Source: an uncultured Candidatus Saccharibacteria bacterium (GTDB lineage: Bacteria > Patescibacteriota > Saccharimonadia > Saccharimonadales > Saccharimonadaceae). From it: a DNA stretch of 64,000 nucleotides. The notes beneath the pieces are model-generated. The model worked only from the letters and a program-made list of their open reading frames with translations, ran no database searches and was not told where the DNA came from. The stretch is from assembly GCA_964499245.1 (NCBI GenBank), contig CAZCIN010000001.1:5106-69105 (forward strand), read 5' to 3'. Position 1 is the stretch's first letter. Each line of letters begins with the position of its first letter. Of this stretch, positions 25,307 through 35,371 are shown piece by piece. Made by a program: the position numbers and the translations under genes.

Positions 25307-26389
25307 TTAATAATCACCTCCAAACGTGGGAATTTTAGGCTCGTAATCAGCGGGAGGAGTAGGTATGGGATCCGGCGTAGGGACTGGAGTAGGTTCCGGG
25401 TTCTTAGGCATAGGAGTCGGAGTAGGTGCGGGCATGGGCTTGGGATAGTTATCGACGTCGATATCGATATCGTCATCATCACTAGGCCGCGTCACAAAGC
25501 GTTCTTCCGATTCGTAGCCTTCGGCACCATAGTTATAGTTGTAATAACCGTCTACGCCACTAACGCCATTGCTCTCATACTCGGCATAATCACCAGATGT
25601 ATAGAAACATAAGATGAATTCTCCATCCTCGATGCGAGGACGACTGCCATAAGCACGGCGATAGCACTCACTGGAACAAAACTCGATGCCTAAATTATCG
25701 GCAGCGGTAGTGATGTCCAGCTCACCAACGTGACGAACGTGCTGACGGTTGTCATCAATGGTAATAGTGATAACACCAGGCTCGTCTTCCGTGATAAGAT
25801 AAGTGCTGTTTGCAGTAATGTCGGCTTTGACTTCCCCTTTTTCATTCCGATAAAGCGGAATGGCATCCCAACAGATTGCGTAGACCGCGTCCGATTCTAA
25901 AGTGTAGCTACCGTCAAAATTGGGTTCGATGAGAATGTTATCATCCCGCACCGGCACCTGATAAAGCGTGAGATTCATGCTCTTCTCGGTATAGACCGGT
26001 TCCGAGGTTGTGTCCTCAAGCAGTTTGTCCTCATCGGACAGATAGCTGTCCTCGTATTTAGCTTCAGACGGTTCATTCTCGTCAGGCGGATAATCGTCTT
26101 CGTTCCGATTTACGGCGAAGCCGGAGACGGGCAGTTCAGAATCTTGCTGGTCCGCATTGCTGACGACTTCAGTTTTGTCAACATACTTCTCAGAAGTATG
26201 TTTGTTGAAGACGTACATCAAAAGAGAGCCTAACAAAAATATTACTGCGCCGACACAAAGACATGCTGCGACGATCGCCTTACCGCTAAGTTTGTCCGGT
26301 TTTTGGTTCATGTAATCAAACCGGCTGTCGCGAGTGTCCTGATTGTCCTGATTTACCTGTTCCTGGTTGTTGTTCTGTTCGTTTGCCAT
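25307..26389 (-). CDS. Hypothetical bitopic membrane protein with Pro/Thr-rich tail
   Basis: TM helix near the N-terminus, acidic extracellular part, PTP repeats; GGAGG RBS. Confidence 0.75.
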   Translation of the reverse strand: MANEQNNNQEQVNQDNQDTRDSRFDYMNQKPDKLSGKAIVAACLCVGAVIFLLGSLLMYVFNKHTSEKYVDKTEVVSNADQQDSELPVSGFAVNRNEDDYPPDENEPSEAKYEDSYLSDEDKLLEDTTSEPVYTEKSMNLTLYQVPVRDDNILIEPNFDGSYTLESDAVYAICWDAIPLYRNEKGEVKADITANSTYLITEDEPGVITITIDDNRQHVRHVGELDITTAADNLGIEFCSSECYRRAYGSRPRIEDGEFILCFYTSGDYAEYESNGVSGVDGYYNYNYGAEGYESEERFVTRPSDDDDIDIDVDNYPKPMPAPTPTPMPKNPEPTPVPTPDPIPTPPADYEPKIPTFGGDY

Positions 26390-26495
26390 AATAAATTCCC
26401 TCCAATTTTATATTTTAATTTGAAACGAAAGTTAACAGCTACACACAGGGGTTTTAAGCTTTAGTTCTTAATTTGCTTAACTTCCCCCATAGTTA

Positions 26496-26531
26496 TACTT
26501 CCATTGTAGCACAGATTGTCCAAAAAGTCAA
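26496..26531 (-). promoter_or_regulatory. Sigma70 promoter TTGACT-N17-TACAAT
   Basis: Read directly. Confidence 0.75.
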
Positions 26532-28330
26532 GAGTGTTTATGCTTATTTTGCAATTCTGGCAAAGATTTGGTGGAATTTTTTGAGATTTTGACAGTTTTT
26601 CGGGGATTTGACAAGGTTGACGAGTTTGAGTGGATCGTGGCATAGCTGGGTAGGAAAATATAGTATAACAGGGGTGGGAGAAGGTAGATGTGAAGAGCGT
26701 TGGGGAGGCCGGCGAAGAATTGCAGAGAGAGGAGATAGGCGGTGATAAGAGCGACGAGGAAGGGGAGATTTTGAGGGTTTTTGAGGGGCTTTGAGCGGAA
26801 GGCGAAATAGAGGGCGGCGAGGAGAAGGGCGACACCGAAAAGACCGGTCTCGAGGAGGAGGGAGATGGGCTGATTTTGGACGATTTCTTTGGGGCTGGGG
26901 TTATTCACGGGGTCGAAACGGTGCATGGCGACGCCGGCACCACCGAGACCAACGCCGAAGATCATGGTGGCTGGAGACTGAGACCAGGTGGCAAGGGCGG
27001 CGGAATTAAGGCCGAGACGAACATCGGTGGAATCGGCGACGTAACCATCAAATATGGGGGCAGGCAACTCGTCTTCAGATACGGTAACGCTCTCTGGACG
27101 CTCCCTGCGGGTGGCGTCCAGACCCGCGTTAGCCTGACCATCAGTACCTTCAGACAACCTCCCTGCCCCCTCATCGATGGTTGTGCTACCATCGTCCGGC
27201 TCGGTCTGACTATTTGTGCGAAAATCCAAGAAGCCGAGGGAAAGCTGGTGAATGGATTTAGTAACGGCGGAGGTGAAAGTCTCAGAAGTGGGGCCGAAAT
27301 GAGCGAAAGTTCCCTGTAAGCCGAGCGAAAGGAGGAAAGTGGCGACGGGAATAATAATGAGGGCGGGGCGGAAGGTGTGGCGACACAGGGTGAAGATAAT
27401 TAAAATAAGAAGGCCAAGGGCGTAGGAATAGATGGCGCCACGGGAAAAAGTGAAGAAAAGCGTAGTAGAAAATAAAATTGCACAGACGACAAGAGGGAGT
27501 TTTACGGAAGTTTTGCGCAGGTGTGGAAAAGTGGTTGTGGTTTGTTCGGCTCTTATATGTTCGGTTTTTGCGCGGTGTTCGGTTTTATTGGGGTGGGGTG
27601 TGGTTTCGCTGGTGGTTTGGCAGAGAAGGTAGAGAGCAAGAAGGGTGGGGGCGAGGAGGAGATTACCCATGAATTGCGGCTCGATGGCGAAGCCATTGGG
27701 ATGGGGGAAGCCGAAGGAGCGATAAGTGCAGCCGGCGCAGAGGAGAGTGGTTTCGCGGGAGAGGCCACAGGAATCGAGTATAGACTGGATAAAGCAAAAG
27801 AGGCATACCACAGCGGTGCTTACGAAGAAGGCCCCGAGGACCCAAATTTTGAGCTCTCGTGGGGGTTCTAGCCGGGGCGAGAGGCGGAGGATAGCAAAAA
27901 TGGCGAAAAAGAGGAGCCAGAGGATGCCGGCGGTGAGGATAGTGCGGAGGGGGTTGGCGGACCAGAAGACTGACAGGGTGGCATAGAGAGGAAAAAGCAA
28001 CCATAGTAGAAACTTTGTGACGTCTTTTCTCGAGCTGCGCTCCGGGGCGCGCGCCCGAGTCTTTATGCTCTCGAAAAGAGCCGCAAAGTTCCCTCTACTA
28101 ACTTTTTCCGCTTTGGGGCGCTGATCCAAGTCTTTACGGTCTCGAAAAAGCACCACAAAGTTGATGAAAGCAATAAGGTCGAAGAGGATGAGCCAGAGGA
28201 GCGGGAGGGAGAGCTCGAAATTCATGGAAGAATTGGCGCCGAGAGAGATGATGGGGTAATAGGAGAAAAAGAGGACGGCGGGGAGGGCGACAAGCAGGGC
28301 GAAATAGGCCATGCGGAAGAATTTAGACAT
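26528..28330 (-). CDS. O-antigen ligase/polymerase-like polytopic membrane protein with low-complexity insertions
   Basis: Many TM helices, PNGFAIEPQFMGN, TFSRGA, GVGLGG, LHIY motifs; start moved to MSKFF overlapping the upstream stop. Confidence 0.75.
   Translation of the reverse strand: MSKFFRMAYFALLVALPAVLFFSYYPIISLGANSSMNFELSLPLLWLILFDLIAFINFVVLFRDRKDLDQRPKAEKVSRGNFAALFESIKTRARAPERSSRKDVTKFLLWLLFPLYATLSVFWSANPLRTILTAGILWLLFFAIFAILRLSPRLEPPRELKIWVLGAFFVSTAVVCLFCFIQSILDSCGLSRETTLLCAGCTYRSFGFPHPNGFAIEPQFMGNLLLAPTLLALYLLCQTTSETTPHPNKTEHRAKTEHIRAEQTTTTFPHLRKTSVKLPLVVCAILFSTTLFFTFSRGAIYSYALGLLILIIFTLCRHTFRPALIIIPVATFLLSLGLQGTFAHFGPTSETFTSAVTKSIHQLSLGFLDFRTNSQTEPDDGSTTIDEGAGRLSEGTDGQANAGLDATRRERPESVTVSEDELPAPIFDGYVADSTDVRLGLNSAALATWSQSPATMIFGVGLGGAGVAMHRFDPVNNPSPKEIVQNQPISLLLETGLFGVALLLAALYFAFRSKPLKNPQNLPFLVALITAYLLSLQFFAGLPNALHIYLLPPLLYYIFLPSYATIHSNSSTLSNPRKTVKISKNSTKSLPELQNKHKHS
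28011..28162 (+). repeat. Dispersed hairpin repeat, copy c plus a partial second unit, in frame inside a CDS
   Basis: Core CTCGAGCTGCGCTCCGGGGCGCGCGCCCGAGTC; second CCAAGTCTTTACGGTCTCGAAAAAG. Confidence 0.8.
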
Positions 28331-29768
28331 TGGGGGCGTCCTCAGGGGCAGGGTCGGCGGCAGGTTCAGGGATGGGAGCGGGATTTTTGAGAGCTTGATC
28401 GATGAAAGCGGTGATTCCCTCGCGGAATTTGTTGACGTCGAACGGTGCGGCTGAGGCGGAGATTTTTTGACGGTCAAAATGATGGTCGGGGAATTCCTGA
28501 AGGGCGGTGACAAGTGAATCGACGGTTTGCTCGCGGAAGAAAAGGCCGTTTTCGCCGGGGTGCACAAAATCGCGGCTGCCACCGTCGGCGAAGGCAATCA
28601 CCGGGCAACCGGCGGCTAAAGCTTCGACGGGGGCGATACCGAAAGGCTCGAGACTTGGAAAAATGAAAGCGCGGGCATTTTGCAGGTGCTCGGCGAGCTG
28701 ATCGGAAGTGAGCCAAGGGAGAAATTCGATATGACTGGTGTCGCGGGCGGGGACGCTCATGGCGAGTTGTTGGAGTTTTTTGTGCTCGGGGCCGTCGCCA
28801 ATCACTTGCAGAGGGAGACCGAGGCGATTGCAAGCGGAGATAGCGAGATCGACGCGTTTCCAGGTAACCTGACGACAAGAGATGACAAAAGGATGATTTT
28901 GGGGCTGGCTGGAGTTAGAGTTATCCACAGAGTTTTGCACAGATTTATCCACAGATTTTGCGGAGTTTTCCACAGGTTTAACAGGGGTAGTGATAGATTT
29001 GGAGAATTTTTGGACGTCAACGGGCGGATAAATAATGGTGGCGTCGCGGTGATAGTATTTTTTGATCTGTTCGGCGGCGTAGCTAGAGATGGTGACGAAA
29101 TAATCCGGCTGCTGGGCAGCGGCGAAATCGGCTTTTCTAAGAGGTTTCACTAAGAGACGGAAAAAGAATTTAACGATAGGATTCAGGAAACCGAAGCCAG
29201 GATTTTGGAGATAGCGGTCGTAAGATTGCCAATAATACTGAGTGGGGACATGGCAATAACAGATATGGGTGGTGTGGGGCTGCATAGGGAGCAAGACTTC
29301 GTACTTCCCTTTCCGAGTGGCGGTGCGATAAGGCTTGGGCTGAGTGCGGACAGATTTGGCTTCGGCACCGGTAACAGAGATGACGAGGTCGTAATGGCTG
29401 AGGTCGAGATGGGAGAAATAATGCTGGCGCAGAGGGCCAAGAATGCGACGGAAAGTGGCGGGAAAAAGATTGAGCCAGCCGGTTTTGACGGTGGCGTCTT
29501 TGAACCAGTCGATGCGCTTTGGGCGATACTGAGAGGTATAGATGGGGGCGTCGGGATAGAGGTGGTGGAGCTCAAGAAGGACTTTTTCGGCACCGCCTTT
29601 TTCCGTTAGCCAATCACAAACGAGGGCAACAGTAGGGCGGGAGGGAGTGGTTGATTCACGGCGGTCAGAAGCAGAAGATTCTCCGGCTTCACCGGACGAA
29701 AAGGTTCCACGAACGGCGTCGCGCTGACCTTTTCTAGAATCTTCTGCTTTTGACCGGCTCATCAACAT
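28323..29768 (-). CDS. Glycosyltransferase family 4 (GT-B)
   Basis: GGAEKV, RQVTWKRVDL, EPFGIAPVEALAAG motifs. Confidence 0.9.
   Translation of the reverse strand: MLMSRSKAEDSRKGQRDAVRGTFSSGEAGESSASDRRESTTPSRPTVALVCDWLTEKGGAEKVLLELHHLYPDAPIYTSQYRPKRIDWFKDATVKTGWLNLFPATFRRILGPLRQHYFSHLDLSHYDLVISVTGAEAKSVRTQPKPYRTATRKGKYEVLLPMQPHTTHICYCHVPTQYYWQSYDRYLQNPGFGFLNPIVKFFFRLLVKPLRKADFAAAQQPDYFVTISSYAAEQIKKYYHRDATIIYPPVDVQKFSKSITTPVKPVENSAKSVDKSVQNSVDNSNSSQPQNHPFVISCRQVTWKRVDLAISACNRLGLPLQVIGDGPEHKKLQQLAMSVPARDTSHIEFLPWLTSDQLAEHLQNARAFIFPSLEPFGIAPVEALAAGCPVIAFADGGSRDFVHPGENGLFFREQTVDSLVTALQEFPDHHFDRQKISASAAPFDVNKFREGITAFIDQALKNPAPIPEPAADPAPEDAPNV
28921..28974 (+). promoter_or_regulatory. Cluster of DnaA-box sequences within the GT4 coding region
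   Basis: TTATCCACA at 28921 and 28945, TTTTGCACA at 28933, TTTTCCACA at 28966. Confidence 0.6.
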
Positions 29769-29818
29769 ACTCCCTCTCACCCTACTGTTGCTCTACATTG
29801 CGATTGATTAGCCATGAT

Positions 29819-31246
29819 CTATTTTGCACCTTTTCTTAGTAAAACAGCGCCGACGGTGCGAAAAAGGATGCGAAAGTCGAGCCAAAGACTCCAGTTCTGA
29901 ATGTAATAAATATCAAGGGCGCGACGTTCGGCAAAAGAGATGTCGCGGCGGCCGGAAACCTGGGCAAGACCAGTAAGGCCAGATTTGACCGAGAGAAGTA
30001 AGGAGCGGTCGCCATAATGACGGAGTTCGCCAGGGACGAGAGCACGGGGGCCGACTAAGGAAATATCACCACGAAGGACATTAAAGAGCTGTGGGAGCTC
30101 GTCAAGTGAGGTAGCGCGCAAGAAACGGCCAACTTTGGTAACGCGGGGGTCGTTTTTGATCTGATCGCCATCGGCGCGGTATTTCTTAATGAGATTCGGC
30201 TTGCCCATTTTGGTGAAGGCTTCCTCGGGAGAAATACCGCAATATTCGGGGTACATGGAGCGGAATTTATAGATTTTGAAGCGGCGATTATAGCGAGAGA
30301 GGCGAGTTTCGGCGTAGATGGCAGGGGCGTGAGGGTCGGCGATTTTCTCGGCGAGCCAGATGATAGCCATAGGGATAGCAGCGAGCAGAACTAGGATTGA
30401 GCCGAGAATGAGATCGGTACAACGTTTGACAAAACGAGCGCTACCAGCGAGAGGAGTGACAGGAACAAAGATAGTGGGGGTGCTACCGATGAGCTCGATT
30501 TCGCCCATTTGCGAAGAAAGATCGGCGGTCGACGGCACGTAATAATAGAGAAGATGGTGGTTGAGAGCCTGGCGATAGACATATTCGGAACTCTTGGAAT
30601 CGGTCTGGAAAATGACGTCGGGGCGAGTCTTTTTGAGGGCTTCTTTGAGCGAAGAATATTGCTTTTTGCGGAGGTCGGCGGGGATGTATTTGGCGCCGGC
30701 GACGATGCCAGCGAGCGAAAAGCCGGATTCGGGATAGGCAGCGATGTAATTGGCGATGGACTCGGTACTTTTATTATTACCGATGACGATGGCGCGAAGG
30801 GCAGTTTTACGACTGTGTTTGAGGGCGAAATTGCGAATAAAACGGACGAGGCCGCGGAAAAGACAGAGGAACAGGAAGCAGGCGAAGGCGGCATAGATGG
30901 CCATGATACGGACTGGGAAGAGATCGAGTTCGAGGAAGAAATCGATGGAAATGATAGTCATCATACCAACAAGCGAGGCAAAAAAGAGGCGGGCGACCTC
31001 AGTCCAGCGGCTGCTGCGCAGGAAGATGGATTTTTTGTAGAGGCCGAAGCAGGCGAGAATGATGACGTAAATTGGGATGAGAGAGAGCATGGTGAGAACG
31101 AAACGGCCGGGATCGGCGGTGAAGTAGAAAGGGCGCTGGTCGAGATGGGTGCGCATGAAATAGGCCGCCAAAAAGGAGAGGACAATAGAAAGAGCGTCCC
31201 CTAAAATGAGGAAGACGTGGAAGACCACACCGAAATCCCGTTTCAT
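29819..31246 (-). CDS. Polyprenyl glycosylphosphotransferase (initiating sugar transferase)
   Basis: [45 protein letters not shown]; start moved to MKRDFG. Confidence 0.92.
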   Translation of the reverse strand: MKRDFGVVFHVFLILGDALSIVLSFLAAYFMRTHLDQRPFYFTADPGRFVLTMLSLIPIYVIILACFGLYKKSIFLRSSRWTEVARLFFASLVGMMTIISIDFFLELDLFPVRIMAIYAAFACFLFLCLFRGLVRFIRNFALKHSRKTALRAIVIGNNKSTESIANYIAAYPESGFSLAGIVAGAKYIPADLRKKQYSSLKEALKKTRPDVIFQTDSKSSEYVYRQALNHHLLYYYVPSTADLSSQMGEIELIGSTPTIFVPVTPLAGSARFVKRCTDLILGSILVLLAAIPMAIIWLAEKIADPHAPAIYAETRLSRYNRRFKIYKFRSMYPEYCGISPEEAFTKMGKPNLIKKYRADGDQIKNDPRVTKVGRFLRATSLDELPQLFNVLRGDISLVGPRALVPGELRHYGDRSLLLSVKSGLTGLAQVSGRRDISFAERRALDIYYIQNWSLWLDFRILFRTVGAVLLRKGAK

Positions 31247-31276
31247 AGGGTAATTATAGCATAAATAGATATATAG

Positions 31277-31349
31277 GGCTAGTAACCCTTTGCTCGGACC
31301 GCTCCGGGCCGCTTGGCCAAGTCGATATCCTCGCAAAGGGTTTCTAGCC
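31277..31349 (+). repeat. Dispersed hairpin repeat, copy d
   Basis: Core CTCGGACCGCTCCGGGCCGCTTGGCCAAGTC in an AACCCTTTGC/GCAAAGGGTT stem. Confidence 0.8.
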
Positions 31350-31399
31350 TTAAGATCGTTTTTGCATAATTCCTCTATAAAATGGGGTATAATTGGGGT

Positions 31400-32401
31400 A
31401 TGAAGATTTTAGTGACTGGGGGGACGGGATATATTGGTTCGCACACGGTGGTGGAGTTGATTCAGGCGGGGCATGAGGTGGAAATTCTTGATAATCTCTA
31501 TAATTCAAAGCGTGATGTTCTTTCGAAAATTGCGGAGATTACTGGGGTGGAACTGAAATTCTACGAAGTGGATCTGAGAGATAAGTCGGCGCTTGAGAAA
31601 GTGATGCAGGATGGCGGATACGAGGCGGTGATACATTTTGCGGGGCTGAAAGCGGTGGCGGAATCGGTGGAGAAACCGCTCACATACTACGAGAACAACG
31701 TGGGTGGGACGGTGAATTTGCTGGAAGCGATGGAAAAATTTGGGGTGAAAAAGTTGATTTTCTCGAGTTCGGCGACGGTTTATGGCAATCAGAAAGCTCC
31801 GTTTGTGGAAACAATGGAGACGGGGCGGAATATGACCAACCCTTACGGGCAGACGAAATACGTGATCGAGGAGATTATTAAAGACCTCTGTATAGCGGAT
31901 GCAGAATTTGAAGCGACGATTCTGCGGTATTTCAATCCAATCGGAGCGCACGAGTCGGGGCTAATTGGTGAGGAGCCAAATGGCATTCCGAATAATCTGA
32001 TGCCGATTATCATGAAAGTGGTGACGGGGGAGATGGAAGAGTTGCTGGTGTGCGGCGATGATTATCCAACGGCGGATGGGAGCGCGGAGCGGGATTATAT
32101 TCATGTGATGGATCTAGCGCAGGGGCACGTGGCGGCGCTTGAAAAAATGCAACCGGGGGCAACGGTTTATAACCTGGGAACAGGGCGGGGGGTGAGTGTG
32201 CTTAAGATAGTGGAGGCGTTTGAGAAAGTGAGTGGTTCCCCGCTGGCACACAGAATAGTGGGGCGGAGAGCAGGCGATCTCGCGGTGGTGTACGCGGATC
32301 CGAGTAAAGCGGAGCGAGAATTGGGCTGGAAAGCAACGCGGACGATTGAAGACGCGTTCCGGGATACGCTCAAATTCCTAAAACTTGACAAAAAAGCATA
32401 A
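31400..32401 (+). CDS. galE: UDP-glucose 4-epimerase
   Basis: GGTGYIGSH, SSSATVYG, YGQTK, LRYFNPIGAH. Confidence 0.95.
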   Translation: MKILVTGGTGYIGSHTVVELIQAGHEVEILDNLYNSKRDVLSKIAEITGVELKFYEVDLRDKSALEKVMQDGGYEAVIHFAGLKAVAESVEKPLTYYENNVGGTVNLLEAMEKFGVKKLIFSSSATVYGNQKAPFVETMETGRNMTNPYGQTKYVIEEIIKDLCIADAEFEATILRYFNPIGAHESGLIGEEPNGIPNNLMPIIMKVVTGEMEELLVCGDDYPTADGSAERDYIHVMDLAQGHVAALEKMQPGATVYNLGTGRGVSVLKIVEAFEKVSGSPLAHRIVGRRAGDLAVVYADPSKAERELGWKATRTIEDAFRDTLKFLKLDKKA

Positions 32402-32452
32402 GTGTGATAGGATGGGGGTAGTTAACCGCTTCGAGACGGAGCGGACGGGATT

Positions 32453-33235
32453 TTATTGTTCAAATAGTTTGGTGTAGGCTTTGGTGACTTCTTCAGGGGT
32501 GCCGGAAACGGCGATCTTTCCCTGCTCGAGCATGATGGCGCGGTCGCAAAAACGCAGGACGTTGTCCATGGAATGAGTAACGAGGATGACGGTTTGCTTG
32601 CCGTGGAGCGAGGCGAAATAATCATTGCATTTTTTCTGGAAGGCGGCGTCGCCGACGGCTAGGACTTCATCGAGAATGAGGATGTCGCCTTTGGCGCGGA
32701 TAGCGATGGAGAAAGCGAGGCGGACTTGCATACCGGAAGAATAATTTTTGAGTTTTTGATCCATGAAATCTTCGAGTTCGGCGAATTTGACGATGTCGTC
32801 GTACATGGCAGTGATCTCGGAATTACTAAAGCCGAGCATGGCACCGTTGAGATAAATATTCTCGCGGCCGGTGAGCTCCATATTGAAACCGACACCGAGT
32901 TCGATGAAAGGAATAAGATTGCCATTAATGATGACCTCACCGGCGCTGGGGTAGTAAACACCGGCGAGGATTTTGAGAAGGGTGGATTTGCCGGAGCCGT
33001 TGCGACCGACGATGCCGACGAATTCACCTTTTTTGATATCAAAACTGATATCGTCAAGAACTTGCTGATCACGATAGCCCTTGATGCCGCGGAGACGATT
33101 AAAGATGGCTTGCTTGAGACCCCAAGAGCGCTCAGTGGGAAGACGGAAGGACTTGGAGAGGTTTTTGACAGAAATGGCAATGTCGTTCTCTGGGTCGTGA
33201 GCCTCAATACGAGTGCCGATAACGCGTTTTTCCAT
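32453..33235 (-). CDS. wzt: Polysaccharide ABC transporter ATP-binding subunit
   Basis: GRNGSGKST, YSSGMQVRLAF, LDEVLAVGD. Confidence 0.9.
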   Translation of the reverse strand: MEKRVIGTRIEAHDPENDIAISVKNLSKSFRLPTERSWGLKQAIFNRLRGIKGYRDQQVLDDISFDIKKGEFVGIVGRNGSGKSTLLKILAGVYYPSAGEVIINGNLIPFIELGVGFNMELTGRENIYLNGAMLGFSNSEITAMYDDIVKFAELEDFMDQKLKNYSSGMQVRLAFSIAIRAKGDILILDEVLAVGDAAFQKKCNDYFASLHGKQTVILVTHSMDNVLRFCDRAIMLEQGKIAVSGTPEEVTKAYTKLFEQ

Positions 33236-34045
33236 TTAGATTTCCTCCGCAAAGAAGCGCGAACGGCGCCGGAAAATTAGTGCACCAATGACAAAGACAG
33301 CGAGGGCAAAAAGAATAGAGAAAACCTGGCCCCAGGGGCCGTTGAGGCTGAGGTTGGTGACACTGGTGTCGGTGATAAGACTCCAGCGGGCGTCTTGGAT
33401 GACTTGGGCGATGGGGTCGAGCATGATAACGCGAGCGGCGAGCATGCTGGTGCTTGCAACCATGGAGATAGGATAGATGATGGGAACGGCATAGAAAAGG
33501 GCTTGCAGAAGGACTTCCCAGATAGAACTGATGTCGCGATATTTGACGTTGATTGAACCAAGAAAGAGAGCGATGCCAAGGGAGAAAAGATAAAGTTCAA
33601 AAAGGAGAACCGGTACGAGTAGCCAGCTCCAAGACGGAGTGACGCCGTTGATGAGGGCGAAAATTACGACAACGACGAGATTGATGCAGACATTGATAAC
33701 GGCGGTAAGAGTGGCGGAGACGGTGATGATGTACTTGGGGAAGCTGATTTTGCGGATGAGATCGCCGCGGGTAATGACAGCCTGAATGCCTTGATTGGTG
33801 CATTCGGTAAAGAAGCTCCAGAGAACGGTACCAAGCAAAAGATAGACGGGGTAATGCGGGATGTCATTACCGAGGCGAAGAAGCTGAGCGAAGACGACGT
33901 AAAGAATGGCAAAAAGTAGGAGTGGGCGTAGTAAGGCCCAGAGATAGCCAAGAACGGAGCCCTGATAGCGAAGCTTAAAATCGGTTTTGGTGAGTTCTTG
34001 TAAGAGGACGCGGTTGCGTTTGTTCCAGAACTGGGGGATTTTCAT
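33236..34045 (-). CDS. wzm: Polysaccharide ABC transporter permease
   Basis: DFKLRYQGSVLGYLW, PIIYP; adjacent to wzt. Confidence 0.9.
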   Translation of the reverse strand: MKIPQFWNKRNRVLLQELTKTDFKLRYQGSVLGYLWALLRPLLLFAILYVVFAQLLRLGNDIPHYPVYLLLGTVLWSFFTECTNQGIQAVITRGDLIRKISFPKYIITVSATLTAVINVCINLVVVVIFALINGVTPSWSWLLVPVLLFELYLFSLGIALFLGSINVKYRDISSIWEVLLQALFYAVPIIYPISMVASTSMLAARVIMLDPIAQVIQDARWSLITDTSVTNLSLNGPWGQVFSILFALAVFVIGALIFRRRSRFFAEEI

Positions 34046-34106
34046 ATATACTATTATACCATATTTAGTATAATTCTTAGAAGTCGTTTAGCATAGGTGG
34101 TGGAAA

Positions 34107-34130
34107 ATGCCCCTACCGAAGTAGGGGCAT
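34107..34130 (-). terminator. Terminator of the orphan gene
   Basis: ATGCCCCTAC-CGAA-GTAGGGGCAT preceded by AAAA. Confidence 0.7.
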
Positions 34131-34157
34131 AATCGCTTTTGGAGCACAAACCAAATC

Positions 34158-35120
34158 TCAGTCTTTCAGGAAATCTCCTATGAATTCTTCCCTGTCAAGT
34201 TCGCCATCGAAAATTGCGGAGCTACGAACCCATACTCTTAGATAGTCAGTGTGAGATCTCAAATAGTCATACTCCCAAGTATGCAGAACTCTCTTGCTAT
34301 GCACGCCAAACCCTTGGTGATAACCGTCGTTGTGGCTCCCTCTGGTACGAAACGGTTCGTCGGCGCGGACCTCTAAACCTTTTTTACAGTGGTCGGGGTC
34401 AGGAACAACCTTGCCCGACACAAAGGTACAGACTTTACTAGGAACAACAAAGTCGTAAGAGGAAGTGTGAAACATCACCGAATCGCCAATATTGAAGTAG
34501 CCACAGGGCCGGAGGTGGGAAAAGCACGGTTTTTCTTCCGACTTCTCCAACATTCTCGTCAAATAGCGGATACGGGCCGTTACCTGCTGTATGCGGAGAG
34601 GTAACTCGGCTCTGCACACTTTCATGTGTGCCACGCAAGCATCTAGCGCGTCTTGCGTGCTGTTGGCGAGCACACAGGGAGTATCAAAATGGATATTATT
34701 TTGAGCTTTTAGTGGGATGAGTGAGCAAGCAACAGTAGAAGTGCACTCGCGGCACCGACCCCCATCGCAATCGGAGCACCGACGTTCGATACAGTATTTA
34801 CACCATCCGCAAACATTGAAAGTTGTTGCACCAAATTTACGGTTGATAGAATCTCCATACAGTGATTCCGGATTTTCATATTCGGCCGCTATCTTTTTAA
34901 TATCACTTAGAGTCATATTGGAAAACAGGTCAATCTCGTTGTTTATAGCCCTCAGTCTTCCATACATATATCTCCTCTCTTTTTGCCAATCTACCCTCAG
35001 CCGCTTAATATTTTTGCTACCGATAAAAATCAAATCTTCTTCAGTAGGTATACAGATCTTGTAGTCCCAGCGCCTGGGGATGAGGTCCTGCGGGTTGATG
35101 CTGATTTTTTGATTTGCCAT
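34158..35120 (-). CDS. Orphan Cys-rich hypothetical protein
   Basis: AAAGGAG RBS before MANQK; CGWCKYC...CSDCDGGRCRECTSTVAC cluster. Confidence 0.75.
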   Translation of the reverse strand: MANQKISINPQDLIPRRWDYKICIPTEEDLIFIGSKNIKRLRVDWQKERRYMYGRLRAINNEIDLFSNMTLSDIKKIAAEYENPESLYGDSINRKFGATTFNVCGWCKYCIERRCSDCDGGRCRECTSTVACSLIPLKAQNNIHFDTPCVLANSTQDALDACVAHMKVCRAELPLRIQQVTARIRYLTRMLEKSEEKPCFSHLRPCGYFNIGDSVMFHTSSYDFVVPSKVCTFVSGKVVPDPDHCKKGLEVRADEPFRTRGSHNDGYHQGFGVHSKRVLHTWEYDYLRSHTDYLRVWVRSSAIFDGELDREEFIGDFLKD

Positions 35121-35371
35121 AATGCAAATCTCCTTTCTTTTTGGCGGGGTTTCACCTACGAAACCTATCAACGTTGAGATATTGCTACTTGGTAGCATAC
35201 GACACACAAGAATCTATGCGCCCTATGCCACCAAGTAACAGGTAACCAAAAGCGATTTTAAGTTGCAAGACCTTCTAAGCGTGAAGAGGTATTCTTCGTA
35301 AGAACAATACCCTGCATACACAGGGTTCAATCTGCGCAACAGTCTATGGCGCGTAGATTTGATTATCTACG

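Noticed and set aside
28331-28597. N-terminal 89 aa of the 689-aa ORF call
   Set aside because: Overlaps the GT4 gene in another frame and is Ser/Pro-rich from strand skew; the real start is at 28330.
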